Shown one piece after another: positions 30,782 through 39,813 of a stretch of DNA of 64,000 bases. A program made the translations under genes and the position numbers. Location of the stretch: the NCBI GenBank assembly GCA_016839555.1, contig JAEOUA010000012.1, positions 288,001-352,000 of the forward strand, given 5' to 3'. Under the pieces are notes generated by a model, which had not been told where the DNA came from, did not search any database, and was given only the letters and a program-made list of their open reading frames with translations. Position 1 is the first letter of the stretch; each line of letters starts with the position of its first letter. Source of the DNA: Promethearchaeota archaeon (GTDB taxonomy: Archaea; Asgardarchaeota; Lokiarchaeia; Sigyniarchaeales; SOKP01).

Positions 30782-31669
30782 TTGGAAATGGAAAAAATAG
30801 TAATAAAAGATTTCGCTTTTGAAAAATATCATGGCTTAGGCAATGATTACATATTAGTCAATGATATTGAGTGGAATATTCCAGAAAATAAAAAAATGGA
30901 ATTAGCACGTAAGTTATGTGAAAGACACTTTTCGATTGGAGCCGACGGATTGATCTATATATGTAATTCAAATAAAGTAGATATTAAAATGCGAATTTTC
31001 AATGATGATGGTTCCGAATCAGAGATGTGCGGCAACGGAATTCGATGTTTCTCAAAATATGTTTATGAGAATAAAATCGTCAATTCCAATCCAATTAAGA
31101 TAGAGACATTAAAAGGAATAATGATTTCAAAACTTTCTATTCAAAATGGTTCCGTAAAAATGGTGGAAATAAATATGGGGGAACCAATTTTAGATTGTGA
31201 ATTAATTCCTGTTGTGCCAGAAAATAATAAATTTGAATGTATAAATGAATCAATATTAGTAATTGATAAAATATTTAATTTTACTGCAGTATCCATGGGA
31301 AATCCGCATTGTGTAATAATGGTTGAAGAACAATTAGATGATAAGGATTTAAATAAATATGGGTCCGCAATCGAAAGCCATGAACGGTTTCCTAATAAAA
31401 CTAATGTGGAATTTATGAAGGTTATTAGTCCCGATGAATGTAACGTAAGGGTTTTTGAAAGAGCAGTAGGTATAACAAATTCTTGCGGAACCGGTAGCTG
31501 TGCTTCGGTTGTTGCTGGAACAATATTAGGAAAATTTAGGAAAAATTCACCGATTATAGTCCATAACGATGGTGGTGATCTAATTATTACATATACGGGT
31601 GAGGAAATATATATGAAAGGTTCTATTGAGAAAGTATTCTCTGGGAAAATAAAGAAGCTTGAATTTTAA
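30782..31669 (+). CDS. dapF: Diaminopimelate epimerase
   Basis: KYHGLGNDY, GADG, EMCGNGIRC, SMGNPH, TNVEF, CGTGSCA. Confidence 0.97.
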   Translation: MEMEKIVIKDFAFEKYHGLGNDYILVNDIEWNIPENKKMELARKLCERHFSIGADGLIYICNSNKVDIKMRIFNDDGSESEMCGNGIRCFSKYVYENKIVNSNPIKIETLKGIMISKLSIQNGSVKMVEINMGEPILDCELIPVVPENNKFECINESILVIDKIFNFTAVSMGNPHCVIMVEEQLDDKDLNKYGSAIESHERFPNKTNVEFMKVISPDECNVRVFERAVGITNSCGTGSCASVVAGTILGKFRKNSPIIVHNDGGDLIITYTGEEIYMKGSIEKVFSGKIKKLEF

Positions 31670-31739
31670 ATTTCTTAATAAGAAATATTTAAAAAGATAA
31701 ATTAAATATTTAGATTTTAAAAAGAGGCCTAAATATCGA

Positions 31740-33056
31740 ATGGAATATCAAGAATGGTTAAAGAAAAAAGATCTTGAATATAAAGAAGGAATATTATATT
31801 ATGATAATATGGACACTCAACAGCTCGCAAAAGATTACGGGACACCATTATATATAATTAATGAAAAATTAATTAGAAAAAGATACAATCAATTAAAAGT
31901 TGCACTTAATTCTGAATATAAAAACAACGAAATACATTATGCTGTGAAAGCTAATTCTAATTTGGCAGTCTTAAAAATTCTTAAATCAGAAAATGCCAGT
32001 GTTGATTGCAGTTCTGTAGGAGAAGTTTATTCCTGCCTTAAAGCTGGATTCCCCCCGGATAAAATAATATATACAGGAAATATGTTCACAAATGAAGATT
32101 TAAAATTTGCTGTTAAGAATAATGTTTTAATAAATTTAGATAGCATTAGTCAATTAAAACGGTTAGTAAATATCTATGATGAATTAGGCAAAAAGAAAAA
32201 TGCAATTTCATTCAGAATTAATCCTGAATTTGGGGCAGGACATCATTCACATACAATTACTGCAGGAAAGGATATAAAATTTGGAATTTTGGATGATCAA
32301 GTTGTTGAGGCATATTCCCAAGCTAAAAAATATGGATTTGAAAAATTTGGAACCCATATTCACATTGGGAGTGGTATCCTTGATCCATCCGACTATGAAA
32401 AAGCTATAAACAAATATTTTACAATAATTATGAATTTAGCAGATACATTAGATATAACCTTTGAATTTATAGATTTTGGTGGGGGTTTAGGAATACCATA
32501 CAAACCAGAACAAGAACCCTTAAATTTAAGACAATATATTCAAGTCATTATGAATCAATTTGAAAAAGTAATAAAAAGAGAAGATTTTGGGGGTCCTACA
32601 TTGAAAATTGAGCCTGGAAGATTTTTAGTTGCCGAAAGCAGTATTATTTTAACGCAAATTAATACTATAAAAGACAATGGCTATAAGAAATTCGCTGGAG
32701 TAGATGCGGGATTTAATACATTAATTCGACCTACAATGTATGGATCTTATCATCATATTATCCCTTGTAAGTTAACTAATGGTACCACAGAACAGTATGA
32801 TATTGCTGGACCTATATGTGAATCTGGAGATATCTTAGGAAAAGCGAGATTATTACCAACAGTTCATGAGCAAGATTATTTAGCGATTCTTGATGCTGGG
32901 GCATATGGTTTCACAATGGCAAGCGTCTATAATTTAAGGCCACGGCCTCCAGAAATTCTTCTTATAAATGGAAAGTCTTATCTAATTAGAGAAGGAGAAA
33001 CTTTCGAAGACCTCTTTCGCCTTCAAAAACTTCCAAAGCATTTGAAAAAAGTCTAA
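31740..33056 (+). CDS. lysA: Diaminopimelate decarboxylase
   Basis: YAVKAN (PLP Lys), HIHIGS, DFGGG, EPGR, GPICESGD, GAYG. Confidence 0.97.
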   Translation: MEYQEWLKKKDLEYKEGILYYDNMDTQQLAKDYGTPLYIINEKLIRKRYNQLKVALNSEYKNNEIHYAVKANSNLAVLKILKSENASVDCSSVGEVYSCLKAGFPPDKIIYTGNMFTNEDLKFAVKNNVLINLDSISQLKRLVNIYDELGKKKNAISFRINPEFGAGHHSHTITAGKDIKFGILDDQVVEAYSQAKKYGFEKFGTHIHIGSGILDPSDYEKAINKYFTIIMNLADTLDITFEFIDFGGGLGIPYKPEQEPLNLRQYIQVIMNQFEKVIKREDFGGPTLKIEPGRFLVAESSIILTQINTIKDNGYKKFAGVDAGFNTLIRPTMYGSYHHIIPCKLTNGTTEQYDIAGPICESGDILGKARLLPTVHEQDYLAILDAGAYGFTMASVYNLRPRPPEILLINGKSYLIREGETFEDLFRLQKLPKHLKKV

Positions 33057-33114
33057 AAACTATTTTTCCTAAAAAATAATAAAAAATTTATTCACAGCTT
33101 CCTTAATCTCAATA

Positions 33115-33251
33115 AGGTAAAATCATAAAATGGGTTTAATTAAAGTCAGGATACCCTTTAATTATGCCTTATGAAGACGTGACAAAAAGAAATCTAATTA
33201 AATAGATTAATGATTTTACTGATCTGCTCTGATGATTTTATGATTTTACCT
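33115..33251. repeat. Intergenic element bounded by a perfect 17-bp inverted repeat, with internal hairpins
   Basis: AGGTAAAATCATAAAAT (33115-33131) / ATTTTATGATTTTACCT (33235-33251); internal TAATTAAAG/CTTTAATTA and AATCTA/TAGATT stems. Confidence 0.75.
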
Positions 33252-33320
33252 CTTAATTATAATCATCATTTGCTAAATTAAATTGATAATTTTTAAAAAT
33301 CAAGTAAAATAAAAAAAAAA

Positions 33321-34142
33321 TTATAGCCCTAAAACTTCCCTTGTTGAATAAATTTTATTTTCTGGAGCTTTAACAATAAATTTTATTGCTTTAATGGCTC
33401 CCGCTGCTAAACAATCCCTACTGTGAGCTTGATGTTTAAATTCTATTCTCTCTCCAGGACCGGCGAAGAGCACTATATGATCGCCAACTATATCTCCTGC
33501 TCTAATTGAATGGACTCCAATTTCATTTTTAGCGCCAATTGCTCTTTTATTGGGTCCTTTATCCCTGCCAAATTTCGCAATTTTTTTAAAATCAGAATGA
33601 ATCGAATCAGCGATAATATTACCTATTGTTAAAGCAGTTCCACTCGGGGCGTCTAATTTCCGATGATGATGAGCTTCAATAATTTCAATATCCCAGTCCT
33701 TTAAATAAGGAGAAAGAACAGAGAGCACTTTAAAGAAAATATTTACCCCTGTAGCCATATTCGAGGAAATCACCGCGGGAGCTTGGTATTCTTTTACTAA
33801 ATTTTCAAATTGATTTAAAAACTCCTCGGATAAGCCAGTAGTACCAATAACACATCGAATTCCATTTTTAACACAAATTACGCTATTTTTTTCTGTTGCT
33901 TCTGCCACTGTAAAATCTACTGCTACATCAGGCTGAGTACGCGCAATAATATTTTCAAGTTCTCCCACATCATTAATTATTATATTATTTGGATCACTCG
34001 TTGCAGCAACACTTCCTAAAGAATCTCCAATCTTATCTACATCGCATGCAGCAACCACTTCAATATTAGAGTCGTCTAAAGCTAACCTACTTATTAAATG
34101 TCCCATCGAACCTGTGGGTCCAAAAATTAATAATTTTATCAA
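33321..34142 (-). CDS. dapB: 4-hydroxy-tetrahydrodipicolinate reductase
   Basis: GPTGSMG, VIGTTG, EAHHHRKLDAPSGTA, RAGDIVGDH. Confidence 0.97.
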   Translation of the reverse strand: MIKLLIFGPTGSMGHLISRLALDDSNIEVVAACDVDKIGDSLGSVAATSDPNNIIINDVGELENIIARTQPDVAVDFTVAEATEKNSVICVKNGIRCVIGTTGLSEEFLNQFENLVKEYQAPAVISSNMATGVNIFFKVLSVLSPYLKDWDIEIIEAHHHRKLDAPSGTALTIGNIIADSIHSDFKKIAKFGRDKGPNKRAIGAKNEIGVHSIRAGDIVGDHIVLFAGPGERIEFKHQAHSRDCLAAGAIKAIKFIVKAPENKIYSTREVLGL

Positions 34143-34168
34143 ATAAACACCTTTTTTTATTAATTTGA

Positions 34169-35092
34169 TTAGAAAAGACCTTCTAAAATATCAAGATCCT
34201 TTAGTACGTTTTTAATTTTCTTTTTATTATCTTTCAATGGAGGGGTAAGAGGCAACCTCATTTGTTCGCTCATAATGCCTAATTCTTCAGCCGCATATTT
34301 AACAGGACCGGGATTAGTTTCAATAAAGAGGACTTTAAATAAATCATATAATTCCAACTGCATTTTTCTAGCTTTCTCCCAATTTCCGGCGTTCATTGTA
34401 GTTGTAAATTCAACCATCCTTTTGGGAATGATATTAGAAGCAACACTTATAGCCCCCTTGCCTCCCAATGCCATAATATGATATGTCATACTATCATCTC
34501 CGCTTAAAACAATAAAATCTTCAGGAGTGGATTTAATAACTCTTGTTATTTGATCAATATCTCCGCTCGCACATTTAATCCCTATTATATTCTCTTTTTC
34601 ATGTGCTAATACTGAAACCGTTTCTGGCTCAAGATTTCTCCCAGTTCTACTTGGAACATTATATAAAACGATTGGAAGTGAAACAGAATCCGCAACCTTA
34701 GAAAAATGATCAATTAAAGAGTGTTGTACCGGTTTATTATAATAAGGAACAACCAATAGCAATCCATCTGCTCCTGCGTTCTCAGCATACTGGCTCAATG
34801 AAATTGCCTCATCAGTCGAATTACTTCCTGTTCCTGCCAACACAAAGGGATCTTTACCGCTTTTTTTTGCTTCATCAACCGCAATATCAATCGCATGTTT
34901 ATGTTCTTTATGAGAAAGTGTTGCAGATTCTCCTGTTGTGCCCATAGTTAATATATGGCACCCATTATCAATCTGAAATCTAATAAATTCCCTATATTTC
35001 TCCTCATCTAAAGAGAAGTCTTCTTTAAAGGGGGTGATCATTGCAGTTATAACATTTTTCAATTTATCTAATTTCATATTACTTTCTACCAT
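34169..35092 (-). CDS. dapA: 4-hydroxy-tetrahydrodipicolinate synthase
   Basis: GTTGES, AGTGSNST, PYYNKP, YNVPSRTG, GIKCASG, LSGDD, ETNPGPVK. Confidence 0.97.
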   Translation of the reverse strand: MVESNMKLDKLKNVITAMITPFKEDFSLDEEKYREFIRFQIDNGCHILTMGTTGESATLSHKEHKHAIDIAVDEAKKSGKDPFVLAGTGSNSTDEAISLSQYAENAGADGLLLVVPYYNKPVQHSLIDHFSKVADSVSLPIVLYNVPSRTGRNLEPETVSVLAHEKENIIGIKCASGDIDQITRVIKSTPEDFIVLSGDDSMTYHIMALGGKGAISVASNIIPKRMVEFTTTMNAGNWEKARKMQLELYDLFKVLFIETNPGPVKYAAEELGIMSEQMRLPLTPPLKDNKKKIKNVLKDLDILEGLF

Positions 35093-35273
35093 TTTTTCTT
35101 CTTTATAATTATGTTACTATTGCTTATAAGATTTATCGTCATTTTTAAAATTCAGTTATTTTTTTTATAAGATGTTTTAACTGGATTTAATTTTTCAAGC
35201 TTCTTTCCTTCCTTCATTCTATTATAATAAGTTTATTTTTAGACAAATATAATGAAATTTTTAAAAAAGAACA

Positions 35274-35699
35274 TTAAAAATACTTTTCTCCAAAAAAGAG
35301 AGAAATTTCTCTTTTTGCTGACTCTGGCGAATCAGAGGCATGAACCATATTTTCTGTGACAGATTTTACGGGCTCTTCCCTGAAGTCCCCTCTAATAGTC
35401 CCCTTTTTAGCTTCCTTAGGAATAGTTGCTCCCACTAATTCCCTAATATAAGGAATAGAATTTTCACCTTCAATTATAAGAGCAACAGAATTTCCCGATG
35501 TTATGAATTTAATTAAGCCTTCATAAAACTCCTTTCCTTTATGTTCTATATAATGATTTTCGGCTAATTCATGAGTTATTTTTAACATTTTAAGTGCCCT
35601 AATATTGAGATTTTTTTCCTCAAATCTGTTTAAAATCTTTCCAATTAATCCCCTGTGAACGGCATCCGGCTTAATTATAATCAATGATTTTTGAATCAT
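35274..35699 (-). CDS. ndk: Nucleoside diphosphate kinase
   Basis: IIKPDAV, GTIRGDF, NMVHASDS. Confidence 0.97.
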   Translation of the reverse strand: MIQKSLIIIKPDAVHRGLIGKILNRFEEKNLNIRALKMLKITHELAENHYIEHKGKEFYEGLIKFITSGNSVALIIEGENSIPYIRELVGATIPKEAKKGTIRGDFREEPVKSVTENMVHASDSPESAKREISLFFGEKYF

Positions 35700-35814
35700 A
35701 TAGAATTTCTATTTTGTTTTAATTAATTATTTTTTAGGAGAGAAAATTAAAAAAATTAAAAAAGATTTCTGGATAAGCTATTGGAAACAAAAAGAATTCA
35801 TAAAAAAAATTTAC

Positions 35815-37092
35815 TTACTGTTTATTTTCATTTGCCTTTTTTTTGGCAATAAAACCCATTCTACTTTGCAAGCCCCATAAAGGAATAAAACCATAACTAT
35901 ATTTTTGATTGAAGGAACTTTTGGTCTCATAAGTCGCTAAATTTAAGTCATATATCCCATATGGGGATTTTCGGGCTATCACTTCAGCAGATCCCTTAAA
36001 AAGCTTCATTGAAACACTCCCGGCAACTTTTATATTTATCTCATTAATGAAGGCTTCTAAAGCATCCCTCAGAGGATCTACCCATAATCCATCATATACT
36101 AATTCTGTCCATCTCTGATCAATTAACGATTTAAATGAATTTTCATGCTTAGTGCATACATATTTCTCTAAATCTTTATGGGCTTTTATTAATATTAACG
36201 CTGCGGGAATCTCATAAGTTTCTCTAGATTTTAATCCAATCGCACGATCTTCCATATGTTCTATTCTTCCTATTCCATGTTTGCAACCAATATCATGGAT
36301 CCTCTTGATTAATTCTACTCCCTCCATAGGTTGATCATTTATTCCTATAGGTATTCCTTCTTTAAAATTAATAGTAATATATTCTGGGTTGTTGGGTGCT
36401 TCCTCAGGAGGTACAGTCCATTCTTTAGAGTCCTCTGGAGGTTCAATGTCAGGTTGCTCTAAAATATCACATTCTGCACTACGACCGAAAAGATTTTCAT
36501 CTACGCTATACTTTTTATTTTGATTAGATATCGGAATATTATGTTGTTGGGCATATTTAATTTCTTCATCACGTCCCATATTCCACTCGATGAGTGGTTG
36601 AAGAATTTCCATTTCTGGTGCATAAGCTTGAGCTGTAGTATTAATTCGAATTTGATCATTTCCCTTTCCAGTACATCCATGAGCAAGGACTTCAATGCCT
36701 TCCTTTTGTGCAATTTTTACTGCTTCTATTGCAATTAGCGGTCTGCCGATAGCTGTACTTAAAGGATAAATCCCTTGATAAAGTCCATTTGCTTTAATAG
36801 TAGGAAAAACATATTCATTAACAAATTTTTCTTTCAAATCTACAGTAAAGTGTTTAATAGCTCCCAATTGTTTTGCTTTATCCTCAATTTGTTTAAAACG
36901 TGAGGGATCCGCGAATTCTTGCCCTAAATCTGCGGTAAAAGTGTATATTTGGGCATGATATTTTTCTTGGAGCCATTTAAGCATACAGGAAGTGTATAAT
37001 CATATATATGGAATTCATATATATTCTAACCCTCCTGAATACATAAGTAAGATCTTATCATATTTATCCTTTTTAGGTCCTAATTCACTCAC
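35815..37092 (-). CDS. argG: Argininosuccinate synthase, split gene: exon 1 37092-37026, exon 2 36995-35815 (415 aa after removing the 30-nt insert)
   Basis: GTG start gives MSELGPKKDKYDKILLMYSGGL|D-TSCMLKWL. Downstream TADLGQ, HGCTGKGNDQIR, YSVDENLFGRSAE and KSRETYE are intact. The ORF-track ORF (36984) lacks the essential SGGLDTS motif. Confidence 0.93.
36996..37025 (-). other. Putative 30-nt bulge-helix-bulge mRNA intron in argG
   Basis: Pre-mRNA ...GAG-GGUU-AG^A-AUAUAUAUG-AAUUC-CAUAUAUAU-GAUU-AU^A-CAC...; two 3-nt bulges around a 4-bp helix, 9-bp intron stem; excision gives UUA GAC ACU (LDT). Confidence 0.75.
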
Positions 37093-37170
37093 AATTATCA
37101 CTTAATTAAGAAATAAATTCATATATTCTAAAATAATTTCTAAAATATTAATATTGATTAAAAAAAGAAT

Positions 37171-37197
37171 AAATACTTTAATTAAAATAAAGTATTT
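37171..37197. promoter_or_regulatory. Inverted repeat in the divergent argG / histidine kinase promoter region (possible operator)
   Basis: AAATACTTTA-N7-TAAAGTATTT, perfect 10-bp arms but very AT-rich. Confidence 0.35.
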
Positions 37198-37259
37198 TTC
37201 GTTATAGTATTAAATTATTTAAAGTTCTATACTTATTGCCTAGATTGGGTTTTTAGTTT

Positions 37260-39140
37260 ATGAAACAAAACGAGAAAGATTTCGAATTTCCTGAAAAAGC
37301 TTATAAAATAATTTTCAGAAATTTTCCAAATCCTTTATACATTTGGAAAAAAGTGGGCAAAGATCTTATTTTAGTTGCTTTTAATGAAGCTAGTTTTAAA
37401 ATAACCCAAGGGGGAATTGAAAAATATCATGGTATTAAAGCATCAGAATTATATAAGCAAAATCCAACAATATTAGAAGATTTAAATAATTGTTTTAATC
37501 AAAAGACTTCTTTTTATAAAAAATTAAGTTATAAATTCAAATCTACCAATAAAATAAAGACTTTATTAGTATTTTTCAATTTTATTCCACCAGATTTAGT
37601 TTTAATTTATACCCAAGACAAAACAGCTGAAGAAGAAGCTGAGTTAGCACTTAAAAATTCCGAGAGAGAAAAAGCCCTCATACTAGAGAGTATTTCAGAA
37701 GTTATATCTCTTCAAGATTTAAATCATAATGTCATTTGGATGAATAGACCAGCTTCAAAGTTAATAGGATTAAATCAAGATGAATTAAAGGGGAAAAAAT
37801 GCTATGAAATCTGGTATAATAAACAAAATCCATGTGAAGATTGTCCTGTGGAAAAAACTATTCAAACTAAAAAAGTTGAAGAGAGTGAAATTAATACTAT
37901 TGATGGTGAAGTATGGACTATTAGAGTTTTTCCTGTGAAAAATGAACAGGATAAAATTATCGGAATCGTGGAAATTGCTCAAAATATCACAGAAAAGAAA
38001 AAGGCTAAGCAAGCTTTAAAAGAATCAGAGCAAAAATTTAGATTAATTAATGATCAATCGCTTATCGGTATTTGTATACTACAAGACGATATCTATAAAT
38101 ATGTAAATGAACAATTTCTTCAAATAATAGGATATTCACGAGAAGAAATCAAAGATTGGAAGCCTGGAGACTATTTAAAAATAATTCATCCCGATTATCG
38201 AGATTTTATTAAAATTATATCCGAAAAAAGAAAAAGTGGAAAAACTGATTACAAGAAACATTGGGAACTTAAAGGTGTTAGAAAGAATGGAGAAGAATTT
38301 TGGGGTGAAATATATACTAAACCGATTACGTTTAAAGGACACACAGCTGATTTAATTACCACTATAGATATAACAGAACGTAAAAACACAGAATTAAAAT
38401 TAAGAGAATCAGAAAAAAATTATCAAATAGCATACAATCGAGCTGAATTTTATAAGGATATTTTTGCTCATGATATTAATAATATCCTTCAAAATATACG
38501 GTCTGCCAGTGATCTATTGGAGATTTATCAAAAAGACAGAGATAATACCAGGAATGAACAGGAAATGATTGATATTATTAATTCACAAGTTTCAAGGGGC
38601 GCAAATTTAGTTTCAAATATTAGAAAGTTATCTCAACTCGAAAAGACTCAAATCTCTCTGAAGTTAATATCCGTAAAAGATATGTTGTTTAAAGCAGTTT
38701 CTGCTATTAAAGATATATATAGTGTGAAAATAATTGAAATTTACATAGATCAGCCTGAAAGTGAAATTAAGGTTTTTGCTAATGAATTTCTTTTGGATAT
38801 TTTTAAGAATATACTCTATAATTCAATCGAATTTAATGATAATGATATAGTAAAGATTGATATAGTTATTTCTAAAATAAATCACATGGGAAAAACCTTT
38901 ATTCAAATGCAATTTATAGATAATGGAATAGGTATTAATGATGAGAGGAAGGAAAAAATTTTTGAGAGGAGTTTTTCCAATAAAGAAAAGGGAAAAGGTA
39001 TGGGATTAGGTTTATCTCTTGTTAGAAAAATATTGGAAGCGTATCAAGCAACTATTAAAGTGGAGAACAGAATAAAGGATGATTATAGGAAAGGTTCAAA
39101 TTTCATAATACTTTTTCCCGAAAAAATAGAAAAAAGTTAA
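37260..39140 (+). CDS. Cytoplasmic multi-PAS sensor histidine kinase
   Basis: Three PAS/PAC-like repeats (including KCYE...PCEDCP), H-box FAHDINNILQ, N-box, DNGIGI, GMGLGLSLV. Confidence 0.93.
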   Translation: MKQNEKDFEFPEKAYKIIFRNFPNPLYIWKKVGKDLILVAFNEASFKITQGGIEKYHGIKASELYKQNPTILEDLNNCFNQKTSFYKKLSYKFKSTNKIKTLLVFFNFIPPDLVLIYTQDKTAEEEAELALKNSEREKALILESISEVISLQDLNHNVIWMNRPASKLIGLNQDELKGKKCYEIWYNKQNPCEDCPVEKTIQTKKVEESEINTIDGEVWTIRVFPVKNEQDKIIGIVEIAQNITEKKKAKQALKESEQKFRLINDQSLIGICILQDDIYKYVNEQFLQIIGYSREEIKDWKPGDYLKIIHPDYRDFIKIISEKRKSGKTDYKKHWELKGVRKNGEEFWGEIYTKPITFKGHTADLITTIDITERKNTELKLRESEKNYQIAYNRAEFYKDIFAHDINNILQNIRSASDLLEIYQKDRDNTRNEQEMIDIINSQVSRGANLVSNIRKLSQLEKTQISLKLISVKDMLFKAVSAIKDIYSVKIIEIYIDQPESEIKVFANEFLLDIFKNILYNSIEFNDNDIVKIDIVISKINHMGKTFIQMQFIDNGIGINDERKEKIFERSFSNKEKGKGMGLGLSLVRKILEAYQATIKVENRIKDDYRKGSNFIILFPEKIEKS

Positions 39141-39387
39141 AATTATAATTTTAAGAAAAATTTCTTATATGGATTAATTATTTACTTTATTTTATGAAGA
39201 TTTATATTTTTAAATTTATTCTAATCGAATACTAAAAAACAGCCTAAAATTAATAAGGAAACAATTGAAACACATTTAAATGAAAAGGATAATAATTTAA
39301 GTGTAAGAAATCTGTTAATATTAAAAAAACAAATAAATAATGTATTTTTAGATAATATATTTAACTGCCATGGAGTAGTATAAAAAA

Positions 39388-39759
39388 ATGCCTTCGATAT
39401 TTATTGTAGAAGATGATAGATCAATTAAGGTTCTATATGAAAAATTTCTTAAACTCCATGGGTTTGATGTAATTGAGACTGCTACTAACGGAGTTGAGGC
39501 TGTTGAAAAATTCAAAAGTTTTAAAATAAAACCCGATATCATTCTTATTGATCATAGAATGCCAATTAAAAATGGTCTAGAAGCATCTAAAGAAATCATT
39601 AAACTTGATAAAAATTGCCATATTATTTTTGCGAGCGCCGATAAAACAGTTAAAGAAAAAGCGCTATCCTTAGGCATTGCTGCTTTTTTAGAAAAACCAT
39701 TCAGTCTTGAAAAATTAATAGATTGTTTGAATACTTTATTTGCTAAAGCTCCCTGCTAA
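39388..39759 (+). CDS. Single-domain response regulator (REC)
   Basis: IVEDD, ILIDHRMP (phospho-Asp), FASA, KPF. Confidence 0.93.
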   Translation: MPSIFIVEDDRSIKVLYEKFLKLHGFDVIETATNGVEAVEKFKSFKIKPDIILIDHRMPIKNGLEASKEIIKLDKNCHIIFASADKTVKEKALSLGIAAFLEKPFSLEKLIDCLNTLFAKAPC

Positions 39760-39813
39760 GAAGATTTTTTATTAAAATCTTTTTGGATTATTTAATAATT
39801 TAACTCAATAAAT

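Noticed and set aside
33115-33251. Lysine riboswitch or SECIS interpretation of the lysA/dapB element
   Set aside because: It lies at the 3' ends of both genes, lacks the lysine-riboswitch consensus, and no neighbouring gene has an in-frame TGA.
35815-36984. ORF-track argG starting at MLKWLQ as the complete gene
   Set aside because: It lacks the first beta-strand and the SGGLDTS motif, which are encoded upstream of the insert.
36996-37025. The two in-frame TGA codons in argG read as selenocysteine or by readthrough
   Set aside because: Readthrough would insert 10 residues into the invariant SGGLDTS ATP-binding loop, the TGAs do not align to Cys positions, and I saw no convincing SECIS after argG. 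Precise excision explains the sequence better.
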